From: Nemertoderma westbladi
Lineage: Eukaryota; Animalia; Xenacoelomorpha
Assembly (NCBI GenBank): GCA_032718475.1
Contig: JAUCBJ010008653.1
Coordinates: 34,803-98,802 of the forward strand
Reading direction: 5' to 3'
Length of the DNA stretch: 64,000 nucleotides
Of the stretch, positions 63,835 through 64,000 are shown piece by piece (position 1 is the first letter of the stretch; each line of letters opens with the position of its first letter). Below the pieces are notes generated by a model that ran no database searches, was not told where the DNA came from, and worked only from the letters and a program-made list of their open reading frames with translations. The position numbers and the translations under genes were made by a program.

Positions 63835-64000
63835 AATTTATTTTACAGTTGAATGCCTACTACTGTAATGACAGTTAAAGAAAGTCTAGGGGTAATCAGT
63901 ATCAACTGTCAGTCAAGTAGTTACCGATATCGCTACTCAATGTAACGTGGTATATATCTTAATATTAGAATACCGGTATACACCTATAGTATATATATCA

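Larger units (their letters stand above)
48810..64000 (-). mobile_element. BEL/Pao LTR retrotransposon C with an extra ORF; 5' end lies outside the window
   Basis: Minus-strand gag-pol 63834-55870, co-oriented extra ORF 54156-49917, then a candidate PPT and LTR. Confidence 0.75.

Overview
AT-rich eukaryotic (probably invertebrate animal) heterochromatin-like DNA with no recognisable host gene; nearly the whole window is nested transposable elements. A degenerate minus-strand Ty3/Gypsy element (5.8-8.6 kb plus 44.07-45.1 kb) is split by a ~35.5-kb block built around BEL/Pao element A (LTR-like repeats 8681-9414 and 43335-44074; gag-pol 24.5-29.6 kb plus 40.0-42.0 kb). The block contains a complete IS3EU-type DDE transposon (12813-21836, 6-bp TSD) with a HECT-like second gene and a nested CACTA-like element. 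It also contains a hAT-like fold-back element (29566-39987, 8-bp TSD), which holds a very young gag-only LTR element (29913-37109) and two RTE LINEs. A second BEL/Pao element, C (minus strand, ~48.8 kb to beyond the window end), has a long extra ORF after pol with a DEDDy 3'-5' exonuclease-like domain and zinc knuckles. Main leads: (1) the exonuclease cargo of element C; (2) two LTR elements that lack a tRNA primer site and instead have a 10-12 nt sequence complementary to their own LTR (possible self-priming); (3) the HECT-like cargo and CCAAT arrays of the IS3EU element. All calls come from reading motifs and repeats by eye; no database searches were run.
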